DNA of 63,088 bases, the filler included, from Squatina squatina (taxonomy: Eukaryota): NCBI GenBank assembly GCA_031763465.1. It is 4 parts of 4 records of this genome, joined end to end, with 100 filler letters (N's around TTAATTAATTAA, not from the genome) between each part and the next. Parts side by side here need not be neighbours in the genome. Positions count along the whole stretch, not along the records: positions 16,985 to 36,126 come from JARFOE010000176.1; 3 more parts are not named here. One strand, written 5' to 3'. The position numbers and the translations under genes were made by a program. How positions within the stretch are numbered: the stretch's first letter is position 1; the number at the start of each line of letters is the position of its first letter. Positions 25,327 through 36,226 of this stretch are shown here, piece by piece. Below the pieces are notes generated by a model. It made no database searches. It had not been told where the DNA came from and worked only from the letters and a program-made list of their open reading frames with translations.

Positions 25327-25370
25327 CTTTCTAAGCAGCAGCTTGGTAGTGATGATAGTCCCCGGCACAT
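25327..25370 (-). CDS. First coding exon of an RGS4/5/16-type gene (MCRGLSSLPSCCLER)
   Basis: ATG at 25370 and AG|gtatgt donor. The 44-nt coding length and MC(K/R)xLxxxPxxCL motif are typical of RGS4/5/16 exon 1. Too short to appear in the ORF track. Confidence 0.88.
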
Positions 25371-25439
25371 TTTTATTTTTGCTGGGAGCTGTTAAGTCTC
25401 CTTCACAAAATTTCCTCTGGATATAAAAGTCTTACAGAT

Positions 25440-25600
25440 GTAGAGACTGACTGCTTCAGCTGGGCTCTGTCATATATATACGAGCTGCTTGGAGTGGAGC
25501 CAGTTGTCTCACCAATCAGAGGGCTGCAGGAAACTGACAAGGTTACACTACCAACAGCTCAAGACTTGAATGATGACGTTTCTGTGCGTGGAATTTCCCA
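25440..25600 (-). promoter_or_regulatory. Proximal promoter of the minus-strand RGS gene
   Basis: TATATATA at ~25472-25480 (about 100 nt upstream of the ATG), CCAAT at 25512-25516, a TGACG half-CRE near 25574, and a kappaB consensus GGGAAATTCC (minus strand) at 25590-25599. Confidence 0.65.
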
Positions 25601-26434
25601 GTCTGATAATATGATCATTTATTAAAAATCAAACTAGTTATTAGTGTATGGATCATTAAGTCTGAAGCCTGTGAAAAAAACAATTCTTTTTTGATGTTGC
25701 AAGAACCTGAATATTAGAAGAGGAGGAATTGCATTTTTTTCACTTTCCCTTTAATTTTACTAATTTTACCTACTGTAGAACGGAGAGCCATTTAATGAAC
25801 TGAGATGAAGCAGTACATCGAGCGATGATGGTACTTATTAAGCTCATACTAGATGCAGCCTAGAAATTCTCTGGGAGTGCAGTGTTATCAAAGTGACAAT
25901 GGGAAGAAAGAGATTGGAATTATTCTCCTACTTGCTCTGTGTCTGCAGATCCCCTTGTAAAGTGTCTTGGGATGTTTTGTTATGTGGACGGTGCTGTATA
26001 AGTGCTAGTTGTTGTACTGTGCAAGTACATCATTTTGTTGTCAATCTGGGTTTTTCTTTAACCCTTAATATATCTTTTCACAACATTTGAAGAACTAAAA
26101 TTATACATTTATGATTACCCAGCAGGATGAAAGAAGGTTAAAATCTATTTTGGATATAGAATAAGAGGGAAAAAATTATATATCCCAGATAAGAAGCTTA
26201 TTGCCTTATATTAATTCCCTTTTTTGGACCACTACCTCCACTGAAAGTGGATTATGAAAACATTCACAAAGACAAACAACATCAAATATGTCCAACCTGG
26301 TTTAAAAATATTCACTCTCAACAGATTATCCCTTTGGGGATTGAAACACTTCTGCAAAATGTGGAGGAAAATTACTATTAAATTTATGTATTATTATTCA
26401 GAAGCTGCAGTGTTTTAAGAAGTGTTCTGTGTTA

Positions 26435-26645
26435 ACATAAGAAATAGGAGCAGGAGTAGGCCATTCAGCCCCTCGAGCTTGGCTGATCGTGGCTGATCTT
26501 CTACCTCAACTCCACTCTCCTGTCCGATCCCCATATCCCTTGATTCTCCTAGAGTCCAAAAATCTATCTCTCTCAGCCTTGAATATACTCAACGACTCAG
26601 CATCCATGGCCCTGTCGGGTAGAGAATTCCAAAGATTCACAAGCC
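26435..26645 (-). mobile_element. CR1 3' end
   Basis: VNLWNSLP.RA.DAESL..FK.E.DRFL plus tail GGCCTACTCCTGCTCCTATTTCTTATGTT. Confidence 0.85.
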
Positions 26646-27694
26646 GTACATCTTTCAGCTCCTTTATAGCCTTCATNNNNNNNNNNNNNNNNNNNNNNNN
26701 NNNNNNNNNNNNNNNNNNNNNNNNNNNNNNNNNNNNNNNNNNNNNNNNNNNNNNNNNNNNNNNNNNNNNNNNNNNNAGATTAAGATGTTTGAAAACATTG
26801 ACAGAAAAGACTGTAACTGCAGTTAAGCACTTGAAGGATGTCAACGATTTCAGCTGGAGGTTGAAAGAGTAGCAGAAATGCTGTCTGTGAAAGCCTCCTA
26901 ATGTAATCAAAGCTTCCCTTTTTGCTTCAAATGTGCACATTGAGCAGGCACTGGACCAAGTGCAATGAATGCAATCAGAGTTGGGTTGAAAAGGTTCTAT
27001 AAATGCAACAGGATGAATGCTGTGCAGATGTCTTAGCAATGATATGCTCCATCACTCAGAAAGTCAGCCATTTGTTTTCCTTTTGAGCAAGCTGGAGCTA
27101 AGAATGTTAAAAAGCCTTGGGCTGCAACAGCAGGATTTATTCCAGTCCAGTCAGTCTGCCAAAGCACTGCCTTCAAATACAATCTATCTTTGCATAGTGG
27201 CAATACTTTAGCCGTGAAGCAATTTCATGTTGTTAACTCTCTCTTTAGTGGCAATACTTCAGTGGAGAAGCAATTTCACTTTGGTAACTCTCGCGTTTTT
27301 TGGGGGTGTTAAAAATAATAGTTTTGTAACCACGATGGAATTTCTTTCTTTCCCCCCACCCCCACTCCCCACCTACCCATGCAGTCCTATTAATACATGG
27401 TGCTGAGTTGGTCATTATCAAGCTCTCCTCTTGACTGAGTCCATTATTTCTCCAAAGGCCATTCATTTACTTTTTTAAAAAAATGGCAAGGAGATCTGCT
27501 TGCAGATTGAGCCTTTGTGGATCTCTTATGTAGCAATTAACAAGTATCCATTTGAACTGATGTAGAATGGGGTGTGGCAGCTGCAGGGTTAAATGCCAGG
27601 ATAGGTGGAGATGAAGCACTTTGATGAGAAACCATGGTATGATCGACTGCGATACGGACTTGTATTTTACCAATTTCCACATGTTTCCTCCTTC

Positions 27695-28345
27695 TGGGTG
27701 TCAACCTCGTTGATAGCCCTCTTGCCTATGAGACAAAAAGTCATGGATTCAAGCTCCGCCGCAGAGACTTGAACACATAATGCAAGCTGACACTGCAGTG
27801 CAGTACTGAGGGAATGCTGCACTGTCGGAGGTGCTGTCTTTTTAAAGCGGCATTAAACCAAGGTCCCATCTGCCCTCTCAGCTGGAAGGAATAGATTCAA
27901 TGGCACTATTTTGAAGAAGAGCAGGGGAGTTATCCCAGTGACNNNNNNNNNNNNNNNNNNNNNNNNNNNNNNNNNNNNNNNNNNNNNNNNNNNNNNNNNN
28001 NNNNNNNNNNNNNNNNNNNNNNNNNNNNNNNNNNNNNNNNNNNNNNNNNNNNNNNNNNNNNNNNNNNNNNNNNNNNNNNNNNNNNNNNNNNNNNNNNNNN
28101 NNNNNNNNNNNNNNNNNNNNNNNTGACCTAGCCAATATTTATCACTCAAACAACATCACTTTAATAAAAAAAACAATTAACTGGTCATTTACATCACTGC
28201 TGTTTCTGGGTCCTTGCTGTGCACAAATTGGCTGCCATATTTCCTACATTACATGAGTGACTACACTTGAAAAGGGCTTACTGCGAAGTGCTTTGGGATG
28301 TCCCGAGGTTGTGAAAGGTGCTGTATAAATGCAACTCCTTTGCTT
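27695..28345 (+). mobile_element. DeuSINE copy or copies spanning a gap
   Basis: Head and Deu domain lie before the gap; the Deu 3' part and tail lie after it. Confidence 0.8.
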
Positions 28346-30883
28346 TCTAGAAACCGATAGGAATGTATCCTTTGTAGGCATTGCAAATGTGATTTGAAAC
28401 AAAAGCTGGCAGTGCGTAACTTACCCACACCTGATGAAAATGAGTATAAGTGCTGACCACTGCCCAGGATGTGGCCATGCTTCAACATTTTAAGCACATC
28501 TGATGCAGACGTGGACAATCCTGCCCCTGAATGAGACATTCAGCCATGATATATAGTACGATGTATACCAAGTTTGTTTCTTGCTTATCCAGAGGATAAC
28601 ATCAGTAAGGATTCATTACATGTCCAACTGTTTACAGACAAGTGATGCCTACCTGCATATTTAGGTTTGGTAGCCCCACTGTAAATATGTGTAGCCCATC
28701 TTGGAATGACTTCTTGTTTTTTCGGAAGGCTAGTAAGAAGGTGACCTATTTCAGCGTGTTTTTGCCATGTGATGCTGCCATAATCCCCATCCCAATGAGT
28801 CTACAATGTGCTTTTCGATTTAAAAAAATGGAAAACTAGTAGTTAACCAAGTTTCTGACATTTGGTAGCCCAACTTGTATTTTAGTAGCCATTAATTAGG
28901 ATTCCCTTATTACGTGACAGAAAACCATATGAAATGGAGGGTACTCAAAAGATTATTTAAAAAGAAAATTCAGGTATCAAATCTTTATTTTCCTTTTTTT
29001 TTTAAAAGCATTTATTTAATATGCCCAAAGAAACTCCTGGAAAGAATAATTAATTTTCTTTTAAAGTTTAATATCTACCCATTACATTCTGCACACAAGA
29101 CCAAGAACAAGGAAAATAAGCGAAGTCAGCATTCCAATATTCATCCATGTTAGATTTAAAAACAAACAGGAACAGCTCTGACCAAGCAAGGTAAAGCAGG
29201 AGAAGTGGCGAGTTGCAAAGGTTTGTTGTTGTAAATTATTTTACATTAATAAAGGAATATCTCCTGCATTAACATAGAATTTGAACTGACACTTTTAGAC
29301 TGCAAGACAATTAACAATGCATGAACCTTACCTTTCTGGCACTTGCAAACAATGTAAATGAAGCTCTAAAATGGCTTTTCTTGCAGTCGGTGGTCGGCAG
29401 TGGAACAGGAATGCTCTGAATAAAATTGCCGGGTATCTCTTGGTACATCAGATTGTGGGAAGCCAGATTGCTCACTCTGTCTCTACTCAAGTCTCACTAG
29501 GGGAACTGTCCGTATGCCAGTCTTGCATCCTAACAAGCTTCAGCTATTGTTGGCTTCTGCAGTCTCTGAGGGCACAGCCTGTACCAAGCTCCTTCTGTGT
29601 CCTTGCTCGAGACAGTAATGCATTCAGAGCCCTAGAATACATACAAAATTCATCTGGCGCAGGAGGGGGGAGGGAGGAGAAGGAGGAAGGGAGGTTTTTT
29701 GATTGTGCTAAGGTGGGTTGGCTTGCAGCTGAGAGATAAGAGAGGGGTAGAATTAAAAAGGTTTATGCTATAAGCCTTTTTTTTTAGCATTTTGATTCTG
29801 CAGATAAAAGCCCAGTCTCCTGCTGAAAAATGCATTGTAAGGTTCCTTTGTGGGAGTATCCACACTCTTAAAATTTTGGCAAGCAGTTTCAGCTTTCTGA
29901 GGAATTATCTTGGATAGAATAAAAGGATTTTGAGCAATTAATTAGATGACAAAAAGCTGCAAATATGTATAGTCAATATAAACAGTAAAACATATGCTAA
30001 ATTTAAAGTCAAAGAATGAAGGGAGCCTTGATTCTTATTACTGCTATTAATATACAATTAACATCATTATTTTCTTTTATGTTTATAACTGCAAAGTACC
30101 TCAGAGACTCATATAAACGTTATTAATTTTATACAAGGGTTACATCTAAGCCTTCTTATAAACCTAAAATGATACCTCTACCAATATAGTCAAACCNNNN
30201 NNNNNNGCCCGTGTTACATTTCCATTGTAGATTTGCTTTTGCCTGATTTACACTATCGCACAGAGTCAGAATGGCCTCATTGTATTTAAAATGAAGTACA
30301 GTAGGTACAGAATTACCCCAATGCCTTTAAATTGAAGTAGATACAAAATTATTAGGGACTATTCCCTCCATGGCATCCGAGTTCACTCTTTTATCACCCC
30401 CAACACCCGCTCCCCTTCTCACAACACCTTCCCGTGCAAACATAGGAGATGCAACACCGTGCCTTTCACCTCCTCCCTNNNNNNNNNNNNNNNNNNNNNN
30501 NNNNNNNNNNNNNNNNNNNNNNNNNNNNNNNNNNNNNNNNNNNNNNNNNNNNNNNNNNNNNNNNNNNNNNNNNNNNNNAGCATCCGCAGTATTTCGCTTT
30601 TGTATTATAGATTTAATGGCGTAATGTTTTCAACTGTCAGTTTACTTGGTTCTGCAGGACATTGCATATTCAGTTATATAAGTGACCTGCAGTTCATACT
30701 TGTATTGTGGGTCCATTCCAAAAGAAGCAGGTGATTTAATCATGCACCTTAAATGTTTAGGCACAGAATCTTGGCAGAATATGTCATTTATGAAGTTGTC
30801 TTTCAGACTACAATAACTAACTAGTATGGTTAAACAGGTTGAATTAGTATTTACAGTCGGACATGTTCTGTTGTCTCTTAAAG

Positions 30884-31050
30884 CTGGCTTGAGTCTCTTT
30901 CGAGCATTCCTCCGCTCAGAGTACAGTGAGGAGAACATTGAATTCTGGATGGCCTGTGAAGACTACAAGAGCAACAAGTCACCTGCAAAACTGGCCTCCA
31001 AAGCCAAGAAAATCTATGCAGATTTCATAGAAACTGATGCTCCAAAAGAG
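30884..31050 (+). CDS. RGS18: R4 RGS domain exon (RGS18-like gene, penultimate exon)
   Basis: aag| acceptor and GAG|gtaagg donor, 167 nt. Encodes [28 protein letters not shown]...FIETDAPKE. Lies on the same gap-free contig as the next exon. Confidence 0.75.
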
Positions 31051-31111
31051 GTAAGGGACACATTGTGCGTCTTCATACCGGGTTTATTTACATATCTTGT
31101 TAACCAGGTGA

Positions 31112-31388
31112 CATAGGTTTAAGATAATTGACTATATAACCAGGGGGGAGATGATGAGAATTTTTTTTATGCCGTGAGTTATTATAATCTGGAAAGCACT
31201 GCCTGAAAGTGGTGGAAACAGATTCAATAGTAACTTTCAAAAGGAAATTGGATAAATACTTGAAAAGGAAAAAATTGCAGGGCTGCAGGGAAAGAGCGGG
31301 GGAGTGGGATTTATTGGTAGCTCTTTCAAAGAGCTGGCACAGGCACGATAGACCGAATGGATGCCTCCTGTGCTGTAAGATTCTATGA
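31112..31388 (+). mobile_element. CR1 3' end in RGS intron
   Basis: GACATAGGTTTAAG...ATCTGGAA.GCACTGCCTGAAAG...GAATGG..CCTCCTGTGCTGTAAGATTCTATG. Confidence 0.85.
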
Positions 31389-32141
31389 ATGTCTTGAACA
31401 ATCACCTGGATTAGGCTTTCCAGAATGATGCATTGCAATGTTTGGAGCATCCACCATTGTGCAAAATGGCAGAATTGCAATAAAATACTAACCAAGAAAT
31501 CCTTTCACTAAAACTTGAGAGATCCAATACGCTGTTATGAGGATGCAAGATGAAGTCTTGTCGAGAGAAGCTCTTCTACAGTGAGCTTTTGACTTTGACT
31601 GTGCCAGTTGTAGGGAGAAGCCAAACAGAAGCTAAGTGCTTCCTCGCACGAATCGAAGAAGCATGGCTCGAGGACTGTTTCCCATGCTTACCGCTGGCTA
31701 GTTTTAGAGAAAGGACCTTGGAGGCCTGAGAGAAATCTGTCGACCTTGCCTCTTGTCTTGCTGAAAGGAAGTGGGAAAAATGCCTCTTTGAAGAAGGTCT
31801 TGTTTCTTTTTAAACAGAGGCCAGTCCACTGAGTTGTTCTTGTGGTGGAAACATTGGCGAATGCAAAAGTTACAAACATGACCGGAAATGGCGAGCATGA
31901 GTTTTAATGAAGACTGGGCTTTATATCTAGTTACAAGAAAAACAAATTTCACTGTTCTAACCATCATTGGTGTGACTTCTTTAAGCAGAAGGTCTTTTGT
32001 ATGACTGATGCAATGAAAAATGGTACTACTGAAATATTTTGGTGTGCTACTTGCATATCATGGCCAGGAATGTAACTGGATTAACCTTTATCTCAGTGCT
32101 GTAAAATGACTAATCGGTTCACTAATTTTTTTTTTAAAAAG

Positions 32142-32399
32142 GTGAACATTGATTTTCATACCAAAGAGGTGACTAAGAAGAATATTCTGTGCCCCACTCT
32201 GTCCTGTTTTGACTTGGCACAGAGAAAAGTGCGCATCCTGATGGAGAAGGACTCTTACCCCAGGTTCCTCAAGTCGCAACTCTACAGAGATTTGTTAAAG
32301 CAGACGCAGGCTGAGAACAATGGGCAGAGACGACGATCCCAGTCCTTTACATCAGCAGGTCTCCTTCAAACACAAGCAGACTTCACTGCCTGGCTTTAA
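32142..32399 (+). CDS. RGS18: RGS18-like last coding exon
   Basis: VNIDFHTKEV...MEKDSYPRFLKS...RRRSQSFT...QADFTAWL*. The tail matches recalled RGS18 RRRSRSFT...QSDVAIWL. AATAAA occurs at 32576 and 32812. Confidence 0.75.
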   Translation: MNIDFHTKEVTKKNILCPTLSCFDLAQRKVRILMEKDSYPRFLKSQLYRDLLKQTQAENNGQRRRSQSFTSAGLLQTQADFTAWL

Positions 32400-32713
32400 A
32401 TGGACAGAGAATGATTTTGTTTTTAAACGCTATTTATGGTGACCGGTTGGAATCGAGCTTCTTGTCCCCCCAAGTTTACCTGGGAACGCTCATCACCTGC
32501 AGGACCTGAATTTTTTTTTTGTTAATCTGCTGGATCATTCAAAGGACATTTTAATGAATTGCCATTCTATTTATAAATAAAATGCATTGTTAATATAATT
32601 AGATTTTTGTAATACTACCGATAAATAACACATTTGTAAGTCTTAAAAACTTGTGTCTAAGTTATTCTGTTTTTGTCATGTTAGCATATTTAATATCTGT
32701 GCTTTTCCTGGAT

Positions 32714-32757
32714 CGTGTGTGCGTGTGTGTGCGTGCGCGTGTGTGTGCGTGCGCGCA
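32714..32757. repeat. Mixed (GT/GC)n alternating purine-pyrimidine microsatellite
   Basis: CGTGTGTGCGTGTGTGTGCGTGCGCGTGTGTGTGCGTGCGCGCA. Confidence 0.9.
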
Positions 32758-33533
32758 TTATTTAGAATAGTGCTGGATGAAGGTGTCAGTAGACAGAAGT
32801 AATTGATTTTCAATAAATGGACATATATTTTTAATAATGTTGATCTCCTTATTCATTTAAATTAACCCCTTTCCTTTTTTAGAACTGTCTATTCTGAGCA
32901 CTTTCTGGTGTGTACTTAAAATGACCAGTTGCATTAACTTTAGGTAAAGCATGATTTCAGGTTTCTGGTGGTAAATAGCACTGCCGCCTGCTCGCCCNNN
33001 NNNNNNNNNNNNNNNNNNNNNNNNNNNNNNNNNNNNNNNNNNNNNNNNNNNNNNNNNNNNNNNNNNNNNNNNNNNNNNNNNNNNNNNNNNNNNNNNNATG
33101 TAAGAAAGTGTAGAATGTGTGTTTCATTATTGGAGGAGCAAAAATTGGACCACCAGCAAAACAAACATTTCCGAATCAAACTCACTTCAATGGATGCAGT
33201 TCAATAACACCTGCGTCTTAAAGTAATTTTGTCCAAACTACATATGATCTTGCTACTATAAGAATCAGAAAAAAATACATATTTAAACAAGTGAAAAGTT
33301 GCTTTGAATCTAGGAACGAAATTATTCTAAATCATTCCATTTTATTTTCCACAGCCTCACTCTTGAGGAAGCAATGCAATGGTCCAAGTCTTTGGACGTA
33401 CTCTTGGCTGATCCATGTAAGTGATATTTCCCACTGCGATGTTCGATTGTTGCTGCCAATGATCTCTTTCGTGTTATTTTTCTTTAATAGCACTGTGAAT
33501 GATGATTTGAACTGATATTTTCTCTTCCTCTAG

Positions 33534-33700
33534 GTGGCCGTGCTGCATTCAGAGGTTTCCTCAAGTCAGAGTTCAGTGAGGAAAACATTGACTTCTGGCT
33601 GGTCTGTGAGGACTACAGGAAAACCAAGTCTTCTGCAAAATTGTGCTCCAAGGCTCAAGATATTTACTCAGAATTCATACGTAATGATGCCCCAAAGCAA
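33534..33700 (+). CDS. RGS-domain exon of another R4 paralogue (RGS1-like end, DAPKQ)
   Basis: ctctag| acceptor and CAA|gtgagt donor, 167 nt. Encodes [55 protein letters not shown]. Absent from the ORF track. Confidence 0.9.
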
Positions 33701-33861
33701 GTGAGTGTTTTTTTTCATTAACTGACTTAATATCTGATCTGAAATGCATAAATAACAATGGAAGTACCAAAACAACTAAAAAGAAATAATTCATGCGTGA
33801 ATAATGAAAAAAGCAGCTCTAGTAGATGTGACACAAGTCCTTTGCATGTGCTCATTAATGG

Positions 33862-34118
33862 TAGGGTGACGGGACATCCGGATTTGCCGGGACAGTCCCG
33901 TTTTTTTAATAAACATCCCGTTGTCCCGACACTTACCTTCAAATTGCTCAAATGTCCCGGTTTCCAACGAGCAAGAATGAAAAACTGACTGTGTATATGC
34001 AGTGCCGGCAGAGACCTGACTGTGCATCTGCAAACCCAGCGGGAGCTCTGACTGCGCATGCGCAGACTGGAAGATAAGTTTTGTCCCAGTTTTTAGTTTT
34101 AAATATCTGGTCACCCTA
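33862..34118. mobile_element. hAT MITE (Blackjack/MER81-like termini)
   Basis: TIRs TAGGGTGACGGGACAT / ATATCTGGTCACCCTA, 8-bp TSD ATTAATGG / ATTACTGG (7/8 match), and repeated TGTCCC(G) subterminal motifs. Confidence 0.88.
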
Positions 34119-34367
34119 ATTACTGGTGCGTTCAGACTGGGTCCCTTCAAGCATTTGTAGCAATACCATAGAAAAAACAGAGAATTTCACTATGGTCTGC
34201 CCATCTCCAGGGTAACCATCCTAGAATCTTTAATTCACTTAATTACAACAATCATTGACATGGGTGANNNNNNNNNNNNNNNNNNNNNNNNNNNNNNNNN
34301 NNNNNNNNNNNNNNNNNNNNNNNNNNNNNNNNNNNNNNNNNNNNNNNNNNNNNNNNNNNNNNNNNNN

Positions 34368-34840
34368 GAGGAGGGGGAGATGGGCTCTTGGCAAGAGGAA
34401 CTTACCCACCTCAACCTGAGCCAAGAGCAGTGTCTGAGGCATCTGCAATTTCTGAATGAGGTGCTCACAGAACTCTGCCACCTCTTGCAATTGGACCGGC
34501 AGCCTCACTCCAAGGGAAGGACAGCACTGCCAGTGGCTGTGAAGGTGACCGTGGCCCCGAATTTCTTTGCGTCGGGATCCTTCCAGGCTGGAGCTGGAGA
34601 CATCTGTAAGATCTCACATGTGTCCAGATTCGTCATGGTCTGCTGTATCGACCACAACCTGGCCAGCCTGAGGTCACAGCCCTTGCCCCCAAGAATACAG
34701 CCACCAGCTCAAAGGCAGGAGGAGGAGGAGGAGGAAAGGGGGGAAGCGGAAGGAAGGAGGCAACCCAAACAGCCACTTTCTGGCCAGGATATCCAGGATT
34801 AAATCATCCACCTGTGGCACCAGTTAATGCAACCCAACTG
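34368..34840 (+). mobile_element. Internally deleted PIF/Harbinger transposase remnant
   Basis: LSQEQCLRHLQF..EVLTELCHLL...ALPVAVKVTVA.NFFASGSFQ..AGD is the N-terminal region. It is joined directly to the C-terminal VSRFVMVCCIDHN motif. Confidence 0.8.
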
Positions 34841-36170
34841 CTATCAACTAACTGAGCATAAAGTGGCGATTAAACCTGGCACCATCTGTTTTTTGCAATG
34901 CTGTACTACAATTAGTGTGTGCACTTGTGTTCATTTTGCAGTATATTCTCTATAAGGTTATTTAAACTTGTATCCTGAAACACAGAATTTCTCTAATTAA
35001 AAAAACTCATTTGTATTCTCAATGGTACATAATGCATGCACGCGATGCAAATGGGGAACATTTAACAGACTTGTACGAGACGGATAACTACAAATATGAG
35101 AGTGCTTTGCACTCGTTAGCAGTATCTGAAAAATCCACTGGGTATCGGTCAGAGTTCACTTCTTAAAACAGAATTATCAGCAGCAAATGGTCACAATGTA
35201 TCGGAGGGAAGTTTCACTTGGCTTCTTGAGCTTTCTTGGCATTCTGTTTTTCTTTAGCCTGTGTTGATGAGCAAATATATTATTTTATCAGGCGAATCCA
35301 GCAAGATGTACTTAACTTTATTTCCCCCAACATTTAATGGCATTCTGTAACTGGGTAGAGTAAGTGCACACAGGCAACCAGGAGTGATCCATCCTCCCAA
35401 TTATCCGTCAATGCACAACATCTCCCAGCCCAAGATTGGGAACTTATGTGGGGCATTGTTGGTATCTATGTATGAAGAAATCACACCAGTGTGGTTCTTC
35501 ACTGTGCTGTCAAAACGATGCTCATCAAGCAGGTCGAGCTACAAACTTTTCAAACCACGAGCCCAATCGCAACCTGCATTTAGGTTACTTTGAAATTTGT
35601 TGAAAAGTTGTATTAAAATCACACAAATATATATACACATCACATACATACTTTCATGAATTTGGCCTGCTGTCACATGGCCAAAGCTGCTGGCAGATAG
35701 AGAACATACTCCATGTCATAGAAGATAGACTACTTTGATCTGCTCATTCGTGGTGTGATTGGTGGGGACTTGTCTGCACTCATTCCTTTTTAAAAAAGGA
35801 TTCTTATCCCTGTGCCCCGTGCCCTTTTCTTAGCACAGTCTTCCAGCCTCCTGAGTTATCTAATGTTGGGTTGCTATGACCGATCCAAACCCTGTGACAA
35901 TGCACTGGGGCAGTGGACTATGCCTCCCATGATAGAAACGTGCAGTTCCAGTTTACCAGGCTGACAAATTAAACTGGCTAACAACAGTAGAGGTTCTGCA
36001 GCTAACAAATGTGTTCTTTTGCAGTCCTACATTTTTCCCTTGCCTCCTTAGGTTCCTCCAAAGCTATGCACCACTCCCAAACTCCGAGAATGCACAGGTG
36101 ACCTGCTCAAAGATTTACACGAGTCANNNNNNNNNNNNNNNNNNNNNNNNNNNNNNNNNNNNNNNNNNNN

Positions 36171-36182
36171 TTAATTAATTAA
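36171..36182. other. Artificial scaffold spacer TTAATTAATTAA
   Basis: 44 N on each side. Confidence 0.97.
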
Positions 36183-36226
36183 NNNNNNNNNNNNNNNNNN
36201 NNNNNNNNNNNNNNNNNNNNNNNNNN

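Noticed and set aside
18729-25370. Unusually compact, convergent or interleaved gene arrangement with missing exons
   Set aside because: Every gene junction crosses placeholder N gaps. The missing exons and short distances reflect a fragmented assembly.
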